From positions 1-64,000 of the forward strand of contig CP143273.1 of the NCBI GenBank assembly GCA_051013385.1: a stretch of 64,000 nucleotides of DNA. The letters are read 5' to 3'. A program made the position numbers and the translations under genes. Below are positions 20,032 through 30,755 of the stretch, piece after piece (position 1 is the stretch's first letter; every line of letters begins with the position of its first letter). The DNA is from Phormidium sp. (lineage in GTDB: Bacteria; Cyanobacteriota; Cyanobacteriia; Cyanobacteriales; Aerosakkonemataceae). The notes below the pieces were generated by a model. It did not search any database. It was not told where the DNA came from and saw only the letters and a list, made by a program, of their open reading frames with translations.

Positions 20032-20907
20032 ATGAAACGACGGGATTTTTTCGGGTTTTCCTTGTTATTCCTCGCTAGTTGTACAGCAGCAACAAATAAC
20101 GGCAATAATACAAAATTCACCTTGGAAAAGCTAAGATTTACAGTAACGGAGACGCAAAGTTTAGAAGAATTACAGCGAGATTATGGAAATTTGCGAACTG
20201 TATTAGAAGAGATATTAGAAACGAAAGTTGAGTTTGTTCCTGTGGGCAGTTATACAGCAGCAGCAGCTGCTTTACAGTTAGATCAAGTGGATTTTGTACT
20301 CACGGGGCCTTCAGAATATGTAGTAATGCGTGCCAGAACAAATGCGGTTCCGGTAATTGCACTTACCCGACCAAATTATCACACTGTTATTTCTGTTTCT
20401 GCTAATAGTAGTATCAAATCAGTAGGAGAGTTAAAAGGTAAAAAAGTTGCGATGTGGGAGGTAGGTTCAACAAGTGGACATTTAGGCCCAACAAAAATGT
20501 TAATGGATGCGGGATTAGATCCTAAATCTGATGTAAAAATTCTCTTGTTAAAAGGTGATGGACTTCCGGCTTTAAGAAAAGGTAATGTTGATGCTTGGGG
20601 AGGCTCTGCGGTGAAGTATGAAAAGTTTCTCCAAGATGAAGGTTTATCGGAAAAGGACTTACCTTTAATTGCCAAAGGGCCACTTCTCCCGGATGATTTA
20701 TTTGTTGCTAATAGCAAGTTTGATGCTAATTTCGTTAAAGATGTAAGTTCTAAATTGTTAGCTAATCAAGATAAATTGTTGAACAGTCTTTTGTCAGTTC
20801 AAGAAGGGAAATATAAAGGTTCTCGGTTAATTGCAACGGCTGATTCTAATTATGATATGATCCGTGAGGTTTATCAAGCGATCGGACAAGGTAGTTTTGT
20901 GCAATAA
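20032..20907 (+). CDS. PhnD-like phosphate/phosphite/phosphonate substrate-binding lipoprotein
   Basis: Lipobox LASC, GPSEYV, STSGHL motifs. Confidence 0.88.
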   Translation: MKRRDFFGFSLLFLASCTAATNNGNNTKFTLEKLRFTVTETQSLEELQRDYGNLRTVLEEILETKVEFVPVGSYTAAAAALQLDQVDFVLTGPSEYVVMRARTNAVPVIALTRPNYHTVISVSANSSIKSVGELKGKKVAMWEVGSTSGHLGPTKMLMDAGLDPKSDVKILLLKGDGLPALRKGNVDAWGGSAVKYEKFLQDEGLSEKDLPLIAKGPLLPDDLFVANSKFDANFVKDVSSKLLANQDKLLNSLLSVQEGKYKGSRLIATADSNYDMIREVYQAIGQGSFVQ

Positions 20908-21008
20908 AGAAGGGTTTTTCAAACTATATTTCCCTGTTAAATGATAATCGCCTAACTTTAAATTGAGGTTAAATATGGCTTAAATATCAATTAAATTAAC
21001 TCTGGAGA

Positions 21009-21129
21009 CTCAGATCTTGCACCAGGGCTAAAAACCGGGTTTCTTGCAAATAGCTAACCCTGAAACCGTAGATTTTCCGTCAAGAAACCCGGTTTTTCAA
21101 GGCTTGTTGAGAATGGTGCAAGATCTGAG
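21009..21129. mobile_element. MITE with CTCAGATCTTGCACCA terminal inverted repeats
   Basis: Perfect 16-bp TIRs; (g)gaga duplication; internal aaaaaccgggtttcttg...caagaaacccggttttt palindrome. Confidence 0.85.
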
Positions 21130-21296
21130 GAGATTTAGTTAAGTTAATTGATTGTTGAAATAATATTAAAGTCAGTATTGAATGGTGGAAAATAGCAATT
21201 ACTAGGGCAATATATAGATGTAAAGGTTGTAAGTAACCTCAGCTAATAACTGAAGCTTCTATATACAACTATCTCAACTGTAGAAATATTTGGCCT

Positions 21297-23198
21297 ATGA
21301 CATTTGAAAAGCCTATAAATATCTCACAGAATGAGGAAAAATGTCAAGTTGCTTTGCCACTGCATCTAGTTAAGCAAAAAAGTACTGCTGATATTTTATT
21401 TCTCATGGCGATAAGGCGCTTTATATCTGGTTTGAATATTGAAAAAAAGATTAGTTATGGATACGCTTTGGTGATTGGAGTAGCTGTTTTTGGCACAGCT
21501 GTTGGGTTATTAATTGGAGATTACTATCAAAAACAAGCGCAAAAACAGTTAACTATTGCCGATCGGCAGCAATACTTAATTAGCGAATTAGAGAATGCTG
21601 TGAGTCAAATTCGATCGCACCCCCAAAGATTAGTTAGCGTCTTGGGAGAATCAATTTGGTTTGACTATGAATCTGCTAAGTTTTTTGGTTCTGTTAATCG
21701 AGTGAAAACTACATTATCTGAATTCGATGATTTCAGAGAAACTAACCAAAATAACTTAGTAATTAGCAGTAACGAATTAAAAAAAATATTGCAGGATTAT
21801 CAATCAAACACGGAAGCCTATACCCAACTTGTTGAACAACTTTGGCAGCAAATTGAACCAGCTAACTTAAAAGTAGCAGAAATTCCCAGTGCAAAGCAAG
21901 AAGTAATAACTTTTATTAGTGGGGAATCAGCTACTAAAGTGAATGTGCAATTCGATCGTTTTGGGGAAAGCTTAACGCGCATTAAAAAAGCAAGTGAGAT
22001 GCAACAAGTCGAAGCAAATGAAAGGTTGCTCCAAGCAGAAACTTGGCGGCTATTGATAATTACTGTGAGTATGCTGCTATCAGTAGCGATCGCGATCGTC
22101 CTGGGATATTATACTAGTCATCAAATCGCCAATCCGATAAAAACTCTTAATCAAATAGCTCAACAAATCACCAAAGAATCCAATTTTAAACTGATGGCTC
22201 CAGTAACTACCAAAGATGAAATTGGATCGTTAGCAACCTCCCTTAATCAGTTAGTTAAATGGGTAGGAGAGTACACCCATGAATTAGAATTAGCTCGTCA
22301 CACATTAGAGCAAAGAGTAGACGAACGCACAATAGAACTTAAACAAGCATTATATGAACTTAAACAAACCCAATCTCAACTAATTCAAAGTGAAAAAATG
22401 TCCAGTTTGGGACAGTTAGTTGCTGGTGTTGCTCATGAAATTAACAATCCGGTCAACTTCATTTACGGTAATATTCAATATGCCAATACTTATGCTCAGC
22501 AACTACTAGATTTAATCCAGTTATATCAACAAGAGTATTCCCAGCCAACTGCTGTGATTCAAGACCAAATAGAAGCTATTGATTTGCAATTTTTAACAGA
22601 AGATTTTCCGAAAGTTTTGTCTTCCATGAAAATGGGAACTGAGCGAATAAGGCAAATTATCCTGTCTTTGCGAAATTTCTCTCGCTTAGATGAAGCAGAG
22701 GTGAAAGCAGTCGATATTCATGAAGGAATTGAAAACACTCTATTAATTTTAAATAATCGCCTCAAGCGAGATATTGAAGTGGTAAGAAATTATGGTAATT
22801 TACCTTTTGTTGAATGTTATCCAGCACAGCTAAATCAAGTATTTATGAATATTCTCGCTAATGCAATTGATGCGTTAGAAGAGGTGAAAAACTCACGAAT
22901 TCCACCTAAAGATAATTTTTCGGCTCAAATTGTAATTCAAACCAAAAAGGTAAACGATTTTAATATTCAAATAAGCATTAAAGACAACGGTACGGGAATT
23001 TCGCCGGAAATTAAAAGCAAACTATTTGATCCGTTTTTTACAACCAAACCAATGGGGAAAGGTACTGGGTTAGGGTTGTCTATTTGCTATCAAATCTTGC
23101 AAAAGCATCAGGGTAAAATAGAAGTTATTTCCCCAGGGAAAGCGGGAACGGAATTTTTGATAACCTTACCTTGCAAATTAAGCACAAATGTTGATTAA
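21297..23198 (+). CDS. Membrane HAMP-domain sensor histidine kinase
   Basis: Two TM helices, HAMP, VAHEINNP H-box, DPFFTTK and GTGLGL. Confidence 0.95.
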   Translation: MTFEKPINISQNEEKCQVALPLHLVKQKSTADILFLMAIRRFISGLNIEKKISYGYALVIGVAVFGTAVGLLIGDYYQKQAQKQLTIADRQQYLISELENAVSQIRSHPQRLVSVLGESIWFDYESAKFFGSVNRVKTTLSEFDDFRETNQNNLVISSNELKKILQDYQSNTEAYTQLVEQLWQQIEPANLKVAEIPSAKQEVITFISGESATKVNVQFDRFGESLTRIKKASEMQQVEANERLLQAETWRLLIITVSMLLSVAIAIVLGYYTSHQIANPIKTLNQIAQQITKESNFKLMAPVTTKDEIGSLATSLNQLVKWVGEYTHELELARHTLEQRVDERTIELKQALYELKQTQSQLIQSEKMSSLGQLVAGVAHEINNPVNFIYGNIQYANTYAQQLLDLIQLYQQEYSQPTAVIQDQIEAIDLQFLTEDFPKVLSSMKMGTERIRQIILSLRNFSRLDEAEVKAVDIHEGIENTLLILNNRLKRDIEVVRNYGNLPFVECYPAQLNQVFMNILANAIDALEEVKNSRIPPKDNFSAQIVIQTKKVNDFNIQISIKDNGTGISPEIKSKLFDPFFTTKPMGKGTGLGLSICYQILQKHQGKIEVISPGKAGTEFLITLPCKLSTNVD

Positions 23199-23261
23199 TC
23201 CTGCAAAAAAGCCAGGTGAAAGGGTAAATTTATAAAAAACCTTTCACCTAAAAATTGATAA

Positions 23262-23606
23262 TTATCCAATTGTTACTTGATTAGTTTCTACACCAGTTGC
23301 TCCATTCACTTGACGAGCTACACTAATCATTTGGTTGAGAATTTGCTGATTAGGAACTTTCCCTTTCAGAACTACAGTACTTCCAGTTTGCGCCACGTAA
23401 AGAGTATTGACATCATCTAATTGTGGGTCTTGATCAAAAGCTAAAGCTACTCGCTTGGCTAAACCGCTTTGGTCGTATTCTCCATTTAAGCCAACACGCT
23501 CAGGAGCAATGCTTTCCGTGGCAGTGGCTGTTGTTGCGTTACCTTGCACTGCTTGTTGGGGGTCTTTGGGTTTTTCTAGTCCAAAAAGTCTTTTTAACCA
23601 ACCCAT
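23262..23606 (-). CDS. BON-domain (phospholipid-binding) protein
   Basis: MGWLKRLFG amphipathic start; GSTVVLKGKV...ARQVNGATGV. Confidence 0.85.
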   Translation of the reverse strand: MGWLKRLFGLEKPKDPQQAVQGNATTATATESIAPERVGLNGEYDQSGLAKRVALAFDQDPQLDDVNTLYVAQTGSTVVLKGKVPNQQILNQMISVARQVNGATGVETNQVTIG

Positions 23607-23818
23607 AATTAAACTCCTAGTAAATAACGAAAGTTATAGTTGAGTTCTCTTGGTTTTTCTAGCTTAAAAAGTTCAAGCGATCGCAGCATCTTTCTAGTGG
23701 AATATTATTATTTATATCTTTAGAGGTAGGAGCTACAATAAGTAAAATTAACCCGACCAAAGCGATATTTACCTCAGCAGTTACATAAATTTGCTTAAAT
23801 AAAAGTTTGGCTAATCTA

Positions 23819-25603
23819 CTAAACTTTTATTGGCAAACTAATAATAAATTCGGTTCCTTTTCCCAACTCCGAAACAACTTCTAATTTTCCTTGGTGCTGT
23901 TGCACAACATTATAACAAACGAATAGTCCTAAACCAGAACCTTTCCCGATCGGCTTTGTAGTAAAGAAAGGATCAAAAATTTTGTTTTTTATTTCTGATG
24001 CTATTCCAGTGCCATTATCCTTGATTCGGATTTGAATTAAATTATCAGCTACTTGTTGAGTTTTAATTGTAATCTGAGCTAAAAAATCATTTTTAATTGC
24101 TATTTTTAATTTTTTAGCTTCTTCTAAAGCATCAATTGAGTTAGAAATAATCTGTAACATAACTTGGTTTATTTGAGCAGGAAAGCATTCAATCAAAGGC
24201 AAGGTATTGTACAGTCTATTTATGATAATTTGTTGGTTAAACCGATGATTAAGAATTAAAAGAGTATTTTCAATTCCTTCATGAATATCGACTAATTTCA
24301 TTTCTGCTTCATCTAAACGAGAGAAATTTCGCAGAGAGATAATGATCTTTCTGATCCGCTCTGTTCCAAACTTCATAGAATCTAGTATTTTGGGTAAATC
24401 TTCGGCAATAAAGTCGAGATCCATATCCAAAATTTTCTCTTCAATATCAGGAATAGCTGGCTTATAAGATTTTTGATAAAGTTCAATTAACTCAAATAAT
24501 TCTTGAATATATTCATTAATATGTTGAATATTTCCGTAAATAAAATTAGTTGGGTTATTAATTTCATGAGCAATACCAGCAACTAAATGACCCAAACTAG
24601 TCATTTTTTCGCTTTGAATCAGTTGGGCTTGAGTTTGTTTTAATTCTTCAAGTGTTTGCTCAAGTTCTTGAGTGCGTTCTGTAACTTTTTGTTCTAATGT
24701 TTGCCGAGCTAATTCTAGTTCTTCGGTGTATTCTCCAACCCATTGGACTAACTTATTTATAGAACTTGCTAACGATCCTACTTCATCTTCACTGAGAACT
24801 GGGGCTATCAGTTTAAAATTTGATTGTTGAGTAACTCTCAGCGCTACTTGATGTACCCATTCTAGAGGACGAACAATCTGACGGCTACTGTGAAATCCTA
24901 GTAATGTGGCAATTCCAACTGCAAGAATGATACTGACTAGAATGATTAACAACCGGAGGATATTAACTGTATTAAGTTGTTCAATGACTTTAAGTTCTTG
25001 ACGATTAGCTGCTGTTTTTATTTCAGTTAAATTTTTGATAAGTTCCTCGAAATTAGCGCTTAAATTACTGACTTGATTTTGATTATTTAAGTTTTGGTAT
25101 TGATTCAGTAAAGCTGGCAAATTTGCCTGGGTTATAGCCGAATAACCAGGATGGGTTTTTGATAAATATTTGAAGTCTAAAAGTAACCGATCGACTTTGA
25201 ATAAATATTCTGATGTTTTTTGTTTATTATTAGTCAATCCGTCATGATTATCCCTATTTATTACTAGCTTTTGCTGTTCCAAGTAAAGCCTAATTACAGC
25301 GTTTTCTAAATCAGTTAATAGTTTGGTTTCTTGATGAGCTAAAATTAACTGATTTAAAGCTTGTTGTTTATAATAGTCGCCTGCAATCATCCCCCCAGAC
25401 GTTCCTAAAATAGCTATTCCAATGGCTAAGGAATAACCATATTTAATTTTTTGTGCTACAGTTAAGCGACGATTAAAAGCTTTTTTGTATCGATAGTTAA
25501 TCTGGTAAATCAATTTTAAGATATCCCAGATTCTTTGCCGAGGTATCAAATAAGACTTGACGCTTTCCAACAAAAATTTAGGCTCTTGAAATAACATATG
25601 CAC
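23819..25603 (-). CDS. Membrane HAMP-domain sensor histidine kinase, paralogue of 21297
   Basis: IAHEINNP, DPFFTTK, GSGLGL; shared KI.YGY and LV.WVGEYT.ELELAR.TLEQ segments. Confidence 0.95.
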   Translation of the reverse strand: MHMLFQEPKFLLESVKSYLIPRQRIWDILKLIYQINYRYKKAFNRRLTVAQKIKYGYSLAIGIAILGTSGGMIAGDYYKQQALNQLILAHQETKLLTDLENAVIRLYLEQQKLVINRDNHDGLTNNKQKTSEYLFKVDRLLLDFKYLSKTHPGYSAITQANLPALLNQYQNLNNQNQVSNLSANFEELIKNLTEIKTAANRQELKVIEQLNTVNILRLLIILVSIILAVGIATLLGFHSSRQIVRPLEWVHQVALRVTQQSNFKLIAPVLSEDEVGSLASSINKLVQWVGEYTEELELARQTLEQKVTERTQELEQTLEELKQTQAQLIQSEKMTSLGHLVAGIAHEINNPTNFIYGNIQHINEYIQELFELIELYQKSYKPAIPDIEEKILDMDLDFIAEDLPKILDSMKFGTERIRKIIISLRNFSRLDEAEMKLVDIHEGIENTLLILNHRFNQQIIINRLYNTLPLIECFPAQINQVMLQIISNSIDALEEAKKLKIAIKNDFLAQITIKTQQVADNLIQIRIKDNGTGIASEIKNKIFDPFFTTKPIGKGSGLGLFVCYNVVQQHQGKLEVVSELGKGTEFIISLPIKV

Positions 25604-25653
25604 CTACGATTTTAGTTAGTTTAATTCTCTTAAAGTAGCGAGAAAGGTTGACT

Positions 25654-27900
25654 TTATAATCCCATTGAACTGAAAGTTAAAGGTAGGGGTTTGCTAATTA
25701 CATAACCTTGTGCATAATTAATTCCCAGTGTTCTCACCTTTTCCAGAATCGTCTCATTTTCCACAAATTCGGCTATTGTTTGCAGTCCCATCATTTGTCC
25801 GATATGATTTATAGCTTCTACCATCGCACCTGCTACGTGATCTTCTACAATGTCCTTGACAAATCCTCCGTCTATTTTTAAGTAATCTACTGGCAGATTT
25901 TTGAGATAGGCAAAAGAAGACATTCCACTACCAAAATCATCTAAGGCAAAACGGCAACCAAGTTGTTTTAATGAACGGATCAATTGGGTAGCTTTACTAA
26001 GATTGACGATCGCCACTGTTTCGGTAATTTCAAAACATATTATTTCCGGTGGAATTCGATGTAAGATAAACTGTTCGTGCAGAAAATCAATAAATTGTTC
26101 GTCATTGATACTAGCTCCTGACAAATTGATCGCGTATGTGCAGTTGTAATGATTAGTGGTTGATTGATAGGGATGTGAATTATTCCGATAAAAAATACTG
26201 TAATTAGCAAAGAGTGTACTAATTACCCAGCGATCGATTGTCGGCATTAAATTATAACGTTCGGCTGCGGGAATAAAAGCCATTGGTGATATCAATTGAC
26301 CTTTTTCATCAATTAGACGCAAGAGAACTTCGTAATGTTGGTGTCGAGCGCTAAAAGAATTAATCGGTACAATGCTCTGACAGTACAGGCGAAAACGATT
26401 TTCTTCAAATGCTTTATTAATCCGCGATACCCACTGCATTTGACCATGTTGTTGTAACAATTCGCTATCATTTGCTTGGTAGACTTGAATGCGATCGCGT
26501 CCTCTATTTTTGGCGGTATAACAAGCAGCATCAGCAGCACTCATTAGAGTAGCTACACTTTGGTTATTCCCATCAATAGCCGTTAAACCAATACTAATAC
26601 CAATAGTAAAACTTTTGTCTTGCCATAGAAAACGAAACTTTTGCATATTTTTACGTAATGCCTTAGCGACAAGTACTCCTTGATTTAGGGGACATTGACG
26701 CAACAACAAGCCAAATTCATCTCCGCCTAAACGCGCCAAAGTGTCGGTGTTACGTATTCTAGATTGCAGTAAGGTAGTAATTTTACGGAGTAATTCATCG
26801 CCAGCAACATGACCACAAGTATCATTAACAATTTTGAACTGATCCAGATCTAAATAACACAGGGTATGCTGTTGCTGTTCTAACTTTGCAGTTAATAAAG
26901 CTTCTTCTAACTGTCTTTCAAATTCATAACGATTAACCAGTCCAGTTAAAGTGTCATGACTAGCTTGCCAAGATAGTAGATTTGTCAGATGACGTTCGGA
27001 AGTAATGTCATGAAATACCAAAATTGCCCCCATAATTTCTCCATTTGAGGCGCGAATCGGTGCTGCTGAGTTACCAATTGCAAACTCGCTTCCATCACGA
27101 GCAATGAGAATAGTATGGTTAGCTAAATCCGTAGTATAACCTGATTTTAAAACTGTTTCTACGGGATTTTCTACAGGAATGCGCGAGCTTTCATTGATAA
27201 TTTTAAAGACTTCAATTAATGGCTTTCCTTGGGCTTCATCAAGCAGCCAACCTGTGAGGTTTTCGGCAACTGGATTAAGAAACTCAATTTTTCCTAAAAC
27301 ATCAGTTGTAATTACTGCATCTCCTATAGAACTTAAGGTAACTTGCGCTTTCTCTTTTTCTTCTAAAAGTGCTTGTTGGCTTGATTCCAAAGCTAACATT
27401 GTTATGTGATGAATTTGCAAATGTGCTAATAGTAGTTGCTGCATATCTAATAGTTGATAATACTGCCGAGCTTTTGGCTTACTTTTTACTACTATTGGCT
27501 CGTAAAGGCATTTTTTTGGGCGCTTTAAAGCTTTTTTAGCTGCTGTTATAATTGAAGTTTCCAGGGGAATAATTAAAGCTTGACTCTGAACATATTTATA
27601 AAAAATATGTATAGGTTTTTTGAAAAACAACTCTACAATGTAAGGACTGCTCATGTACTCGAAAAACTGCGATCGCGAAATCACTCCAACAAATTCATTG
27701 TCTCTGACAATAACTACTCCTGGTAATAGTGGATTATCTGCTAAGATATTGGCGACTTCGTATGCTAAGCAATCAGGACTAATAGTTGTCTGATAAAGTG
27801 TTAAATCTTCCAATGTAGAGCCAATATTTAAAGTCCTTCGGCTTAATTCAGGTAGAGATACTAGGTGAGACTTTAAAGGGAAAATGTTGGGTAAGTTCAT
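25654..27900 (-). CDS. CBS-like/PAS/GGDEF/EAL c-di-GMP signalling protein
   Basis: SIGDAVITTD PAS, RLGGDEF, EVLLR, DDFGSGMSS. Confidence 0.95.
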   Translation of the reverse strand: MNLPNIFPLKSHLVSLPELSRRTLNIGSTLEDLTLYQTTISPDCLAYEVANILADNPLLPGVVIVRDNEFVGVISRSQFFEYMSSPYIVELFFKKPIHIFYKYVQSQALIIPLETSIITAAKKALKRPKKCLYEPIVVKSKPKARQYYQLLDMQQLLLAHLQIHHITMLALESSQQALLEEKEKAQVTLSSIGDAVITTDVLGKIEFLNPVAENLTGWLLDEAQGKPLIEVFKIINESSRIPVENPVETVLKSGYTTDLANHTILIARDGSEFAIGNSAAPIRASNGEIMGAILVFHDITSERHLTNLLSWQASHDTLTGLVNRYEFERQLEEALLTAKLEQQQHTLCYLDLDQFKIVNDTCGHVAGDELLRKITTLLQSRIRNTDTLARLGGDEFGLLLRQCPLNQGVLVAKALRKNMQKFRFLWQDKSFTIGISIGLTAIDGNNQSVATLMSAADAACYTAKNRGRDRIQVYQANDSELLQQHGQMQWVSRINKAFEENRFRLYCQSIVPINSFSARHQHYEVLLRLIDEKGQLISPMAFIPAAERYNLMPTIDRWVISTLFANYSIFYRNNSHPYQSTTNHYNCTYAINLSGASINDEQFIDFLHEQFILHRIPPEIICFEITETVAIVNLSKATQLIRSLKQLGCRFALDDFGSGMSSFAYLKNLPVDYLKIDGGFVKDIVEDHVAGAMVEAINHIGQMMGLQTIAEFVENETILEKVRTLGINYAQGYVISKPLPLTFSSMGL

Positions 27901-28415
27901 AATTTTCTGACAACAACTGAGTTATAGATTTATTAAAAAAGGAGTTACTCCTTGTTTTAGGGAGTAATACAGAATATTACTGATCTTAGCCAGAGATTAT
28001 CTTATATCTAAGATATCTCTGTTAGTAATGTAATCTGCCATATTTATTTTCCACTTCCAAAGATAACAGTAAACTTTTACTCTTTTCAAAAAATAACTCC
28101 TTTTTTATTAATTAGAAACTTAACTTAAAAAAAATTAAAATTTTCAACCACTATGATTAATAGTCAGAAAATATCTCCTTAAACCAAGGTTAATTCTTCA
28201 TAGCTATTTTGTATGGTAAGTTACTAAAAATAGTAATGTGTTAGCAAATAAGTAAAATACTCAGTCGATGCTAAAGTGACTAGCAGACGAATAATCGCTC
28301 GAGCGGGCATAGATGGCAGAAAATGAAGGTGATGTAATTAAAAAAACTAATAAAGGGAACAGTTAATTTTTCTGTTTTATTGTTTCCTGTTCCCTGTAAA
28401 TATTGCCGGAGCAAA

Positions 28416-28775
28416 TTAGGCAACAACTCCGACTGAGCGTAAAATGAACCAGAGAATTGAGTGAACAATGCTCAATGCGATCGCACCCAGAATCGCACTA
28501 CCAATTCCCCAGCGTAAGCGAAATCCTTCAACTAACCAAGCAGCTAGACCAAAGACAATGATACTGCCAATTAAAGGAATTAACCCTAAACTCAGAATGG
28601 CATTTGCAGTTCTAAACCAATTTGGGAATATACCCCAAATTCCACTGAATGCGCCAATAATTGCACCCGCAATTAAAGCAATCCAAGGGTTGTCTACCTC
28701 AACGCCCGTAGGTAGCTTTGAGATAATTAATAAACTAACGGCAAGTACTACAACCGAAATCAAAAAGGGAATCAT
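28416..28775 (-). CDS. YvlD/DUF360-type 4-TM membrane protein
   Basis: GVEVD, LSLGL, AAWLVEGFRLRWGI.SAILGA. Confidence 0.8.
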   Translation of the reverse strand: MIPFLISVVVLAVSLLIISKLPTGVEVDNPWIALIAGAIIGAFSGIWGIFPNWFRTANAILSLGLIPLIGSIIVFGLAAWLVEGFRLRWGIGSAILGAIALSIVHSILWFILRSVGVVA

Positions 28776-28847
28776 TTAAGCAGTCCTCATTATCAGCAAC
28801 AGAAATCAACCATGTTAAACGATCGACAATTTTGGTAACACCTATAT

Positions 28848-29372
28848 CTATACCTTAATTGTCAACGTTTCTTCCAACTTTCTCAGCATCGACATTTCTT
28901 CATTACTGATGCCTACACCGAATAAACCTCTTTCCCGAACTGCTTCTGCGACTCGGCGGGCGATCGACAGTATCCAACTTTTAAATTCAGATGCTTGCAT
29001 CGGTGTCACTTTCGCTGCTAAAACGTTTGCCACTTCTTCAAAATAGGTCAAAGCTTGCTGACGACCTTGGGAAGCACTATTCAAATTCTGAAGATATGAC
29101 AGCAATTCATTCTGTTTTTGCAAAACTAATGCTTCACCTGTCAAAGATCTCTTAGCGTCAGCTTGATTTAAAGAAGCAACCAATGATTTCACTAAATCAT
29201 TTGTAATATCTTCCCGTTGCTGTTCCGCAACCATAATCTGCAACGCCGCCCGGAGTTCTTTCAGAAAAGAAACCGGATCGGTTTTATCAGCTAAAATCAA
29301 CGCCGCAATTGCTTGCCAAGGTGCTTGCATCAGCATTGACCACTCACTATCAGAAAAATATTGTTGTGTCAT
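28848..29372 (-). CDS. Conserved hypothetical helical protein
   Basis: 174-aa ORF with FSDSEW..L..AP and FK.W....A..VAEA..E.G.FG motifs. Confidence 0.75.
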   Translation of the reverse strand: MTQQYFSDSEWSMLMQAPWQAIAALILADKTDPVSFLKELRAALQIMVAEQQREDITNDLVKSLVASLNQADAKRSLTGEALVLQKQNELLSYLQNLNSASQGRQQALTYFEEVANVLAAKVTPMQASEFKSWILSIARRVAEAVRERGLFGVGISNEEMSMLRKLEETLTIKV

Positions 29373-29404
29373 TTTTGACTACCTCAAACTGAAGATGAAC
29401 TATT

Positions 29405-29491
29405 AGACCTCTCCAGAAATTAAATGTGCGTTACTTGGAACCCTTGTAGAGACGTTGTATACAACGTCTCTACATTCTTTTTTGGAGAGGT
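29405..29491. mobile_element. MITE with (T)AGACCTCTCCA terminal inverted repeats
   Basis: tagacctctcca...tggagaggtcta, ctatt duplicated at 29400 and 29492; internal gtagagacgttgtatacaacgtctctac. Confidence 0.8.
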
Positions 29492-29676
29492 CTATTTGAG
29501 ACAACTAAACAAAACTTAAATTTATGTTGTCCAAAGCAAAAACTATCACTTATTCTACAGCCAACCAAGTCTAATAACTTGCAGTAGTTTCACTACCTAG
29601 TTGAGAAGAGGCAGAAAATATCAGAAAAAAATCAAGAAAAGGTAAAAAATGAATGGTGATAATCAGCATGATAAAT

Positions 29677-30654
29677 TTACTTGGTTTGAAAGATGTTTTG
29701 TACCATTTTTTTATCAGTACTAGCAGCAAATTTATCCAGTTCTGCAACTTCATTAGCATCAAGTTGCCAACCCAAAGCCCCAAGATTATCCTTTGCTTGT
29801 GCCACAGATTTTGCCCCAGGAATGGGAATAGTACCTTTACAAATACACCAATTAAGTGCTATTTGTGACATAGTTTTATTTCGAGTTTCAGCAATTTCTT
29901 TTAAACAACTTAAAAGCCGTTGAATTCCTGGTAATATTTGACGAAAAGCTAAACTGCGAATTCCTTTAGGTAAAGCTGATTTTTCGGAATATTTCCCGGT
30001 CAATAAACCCAAAGCCAAAGGACTATAAGCAATCAATTTAATTCCCAATTCATCACAAACATCTTTTAAGCCTAATTCAGTTACAGGATAAGTAGACAAC
30101 AATGAGTATTGCACTTGCAAAGTACTAATTGGCACACCTCTTTGGGCAAATCGTTGATGCACCTTTTTCAGTCGTTTGGGGCCATAATTAGATAAACCCA
30201 CTCCTTTAACTAATTCTTGTTCATAAAGGTCAGCCAAGCCATCCAAAAGCGCCCATTCTTGCCAAGGAAAATAATTAGCTGTAGACCAGTGCATTTGCAC
30301 CAAATCTATATTTCTTCCTAAACGTTTTGCGGAAAATTTACCAGCATTAACCATTGATTGACGAGTTAATCTCCAAGGATAAGCAGCTAACTTAGTAGCA
30401 ATGCAAATATTTTCTTGATTGCTCCCAGAATATGCTTGAGAAAACTGTCCTAAAAGCGTCTCACTGCGACCATTTAATTTTCCAGTTCCGTAAGAATCTC
30501 CCGTATCAAATAAAGTCACACCGCTACTAACACAAAGGTTAAAAACTTCTTGCAATTGTTGATCCATGCTAGGATCGTATCCCCAAAGTAGGCGATTTCC
30601 CCAAGCCCAAGTTCCACACCCCATAATCGGAAGACCCAGTTTTTGATTTTGCAT
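29677..30654 (-). CDS. Aldo/keto reductase
   Basis: GTWAWG, FDTGDSYG, GVGLSNY, AYSPLALG, PIPGAK. Confidence 0.95.
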   Translation of the reverse strand: MQNQKLGLPIMGCGTWAWGNRLLWGYDPSMDQQLQEVFNLCVSSGVTLFDTGDSYGTGKLNGRSETLLGQFSQAYSGSNQENICIATKLAAYPWRLTRQSMVNAGKFSAKRLGRNIDLVQMHWSTANYFPWQEWALLDGLADLYEQELVKGVGLSNYGPKRLKKVHQRFAQRGVPISTLQVQYSLLSTYPVTELGLKDVCDELGIKLIAYSPLALGLLTGKYSEKSALPKGIRSLAFRQILPGIQRLLSCLKEIAETRNKTMSQIALNWCICKGTIPIPGAKSVAQAKDNLGALGWQLDANEVAELDKFAASTDKKMVQNIFQTK

Positions 30655-30755
30655 ATTGACTCGCTATTGCACTTATTGAAAATTTAACTGCGATCGCTAC
30701 TATATTAGAAAAAGTTGCCCAACTAAACTGATAAAATTACAAAGAGGTAATAGCT

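Noticed and set aside
28416..28775. Phage holin implying a prophage
   Set aside because: The YvlD/DUF360 family is a common chromosomal membrane protein and no phage genes flank it
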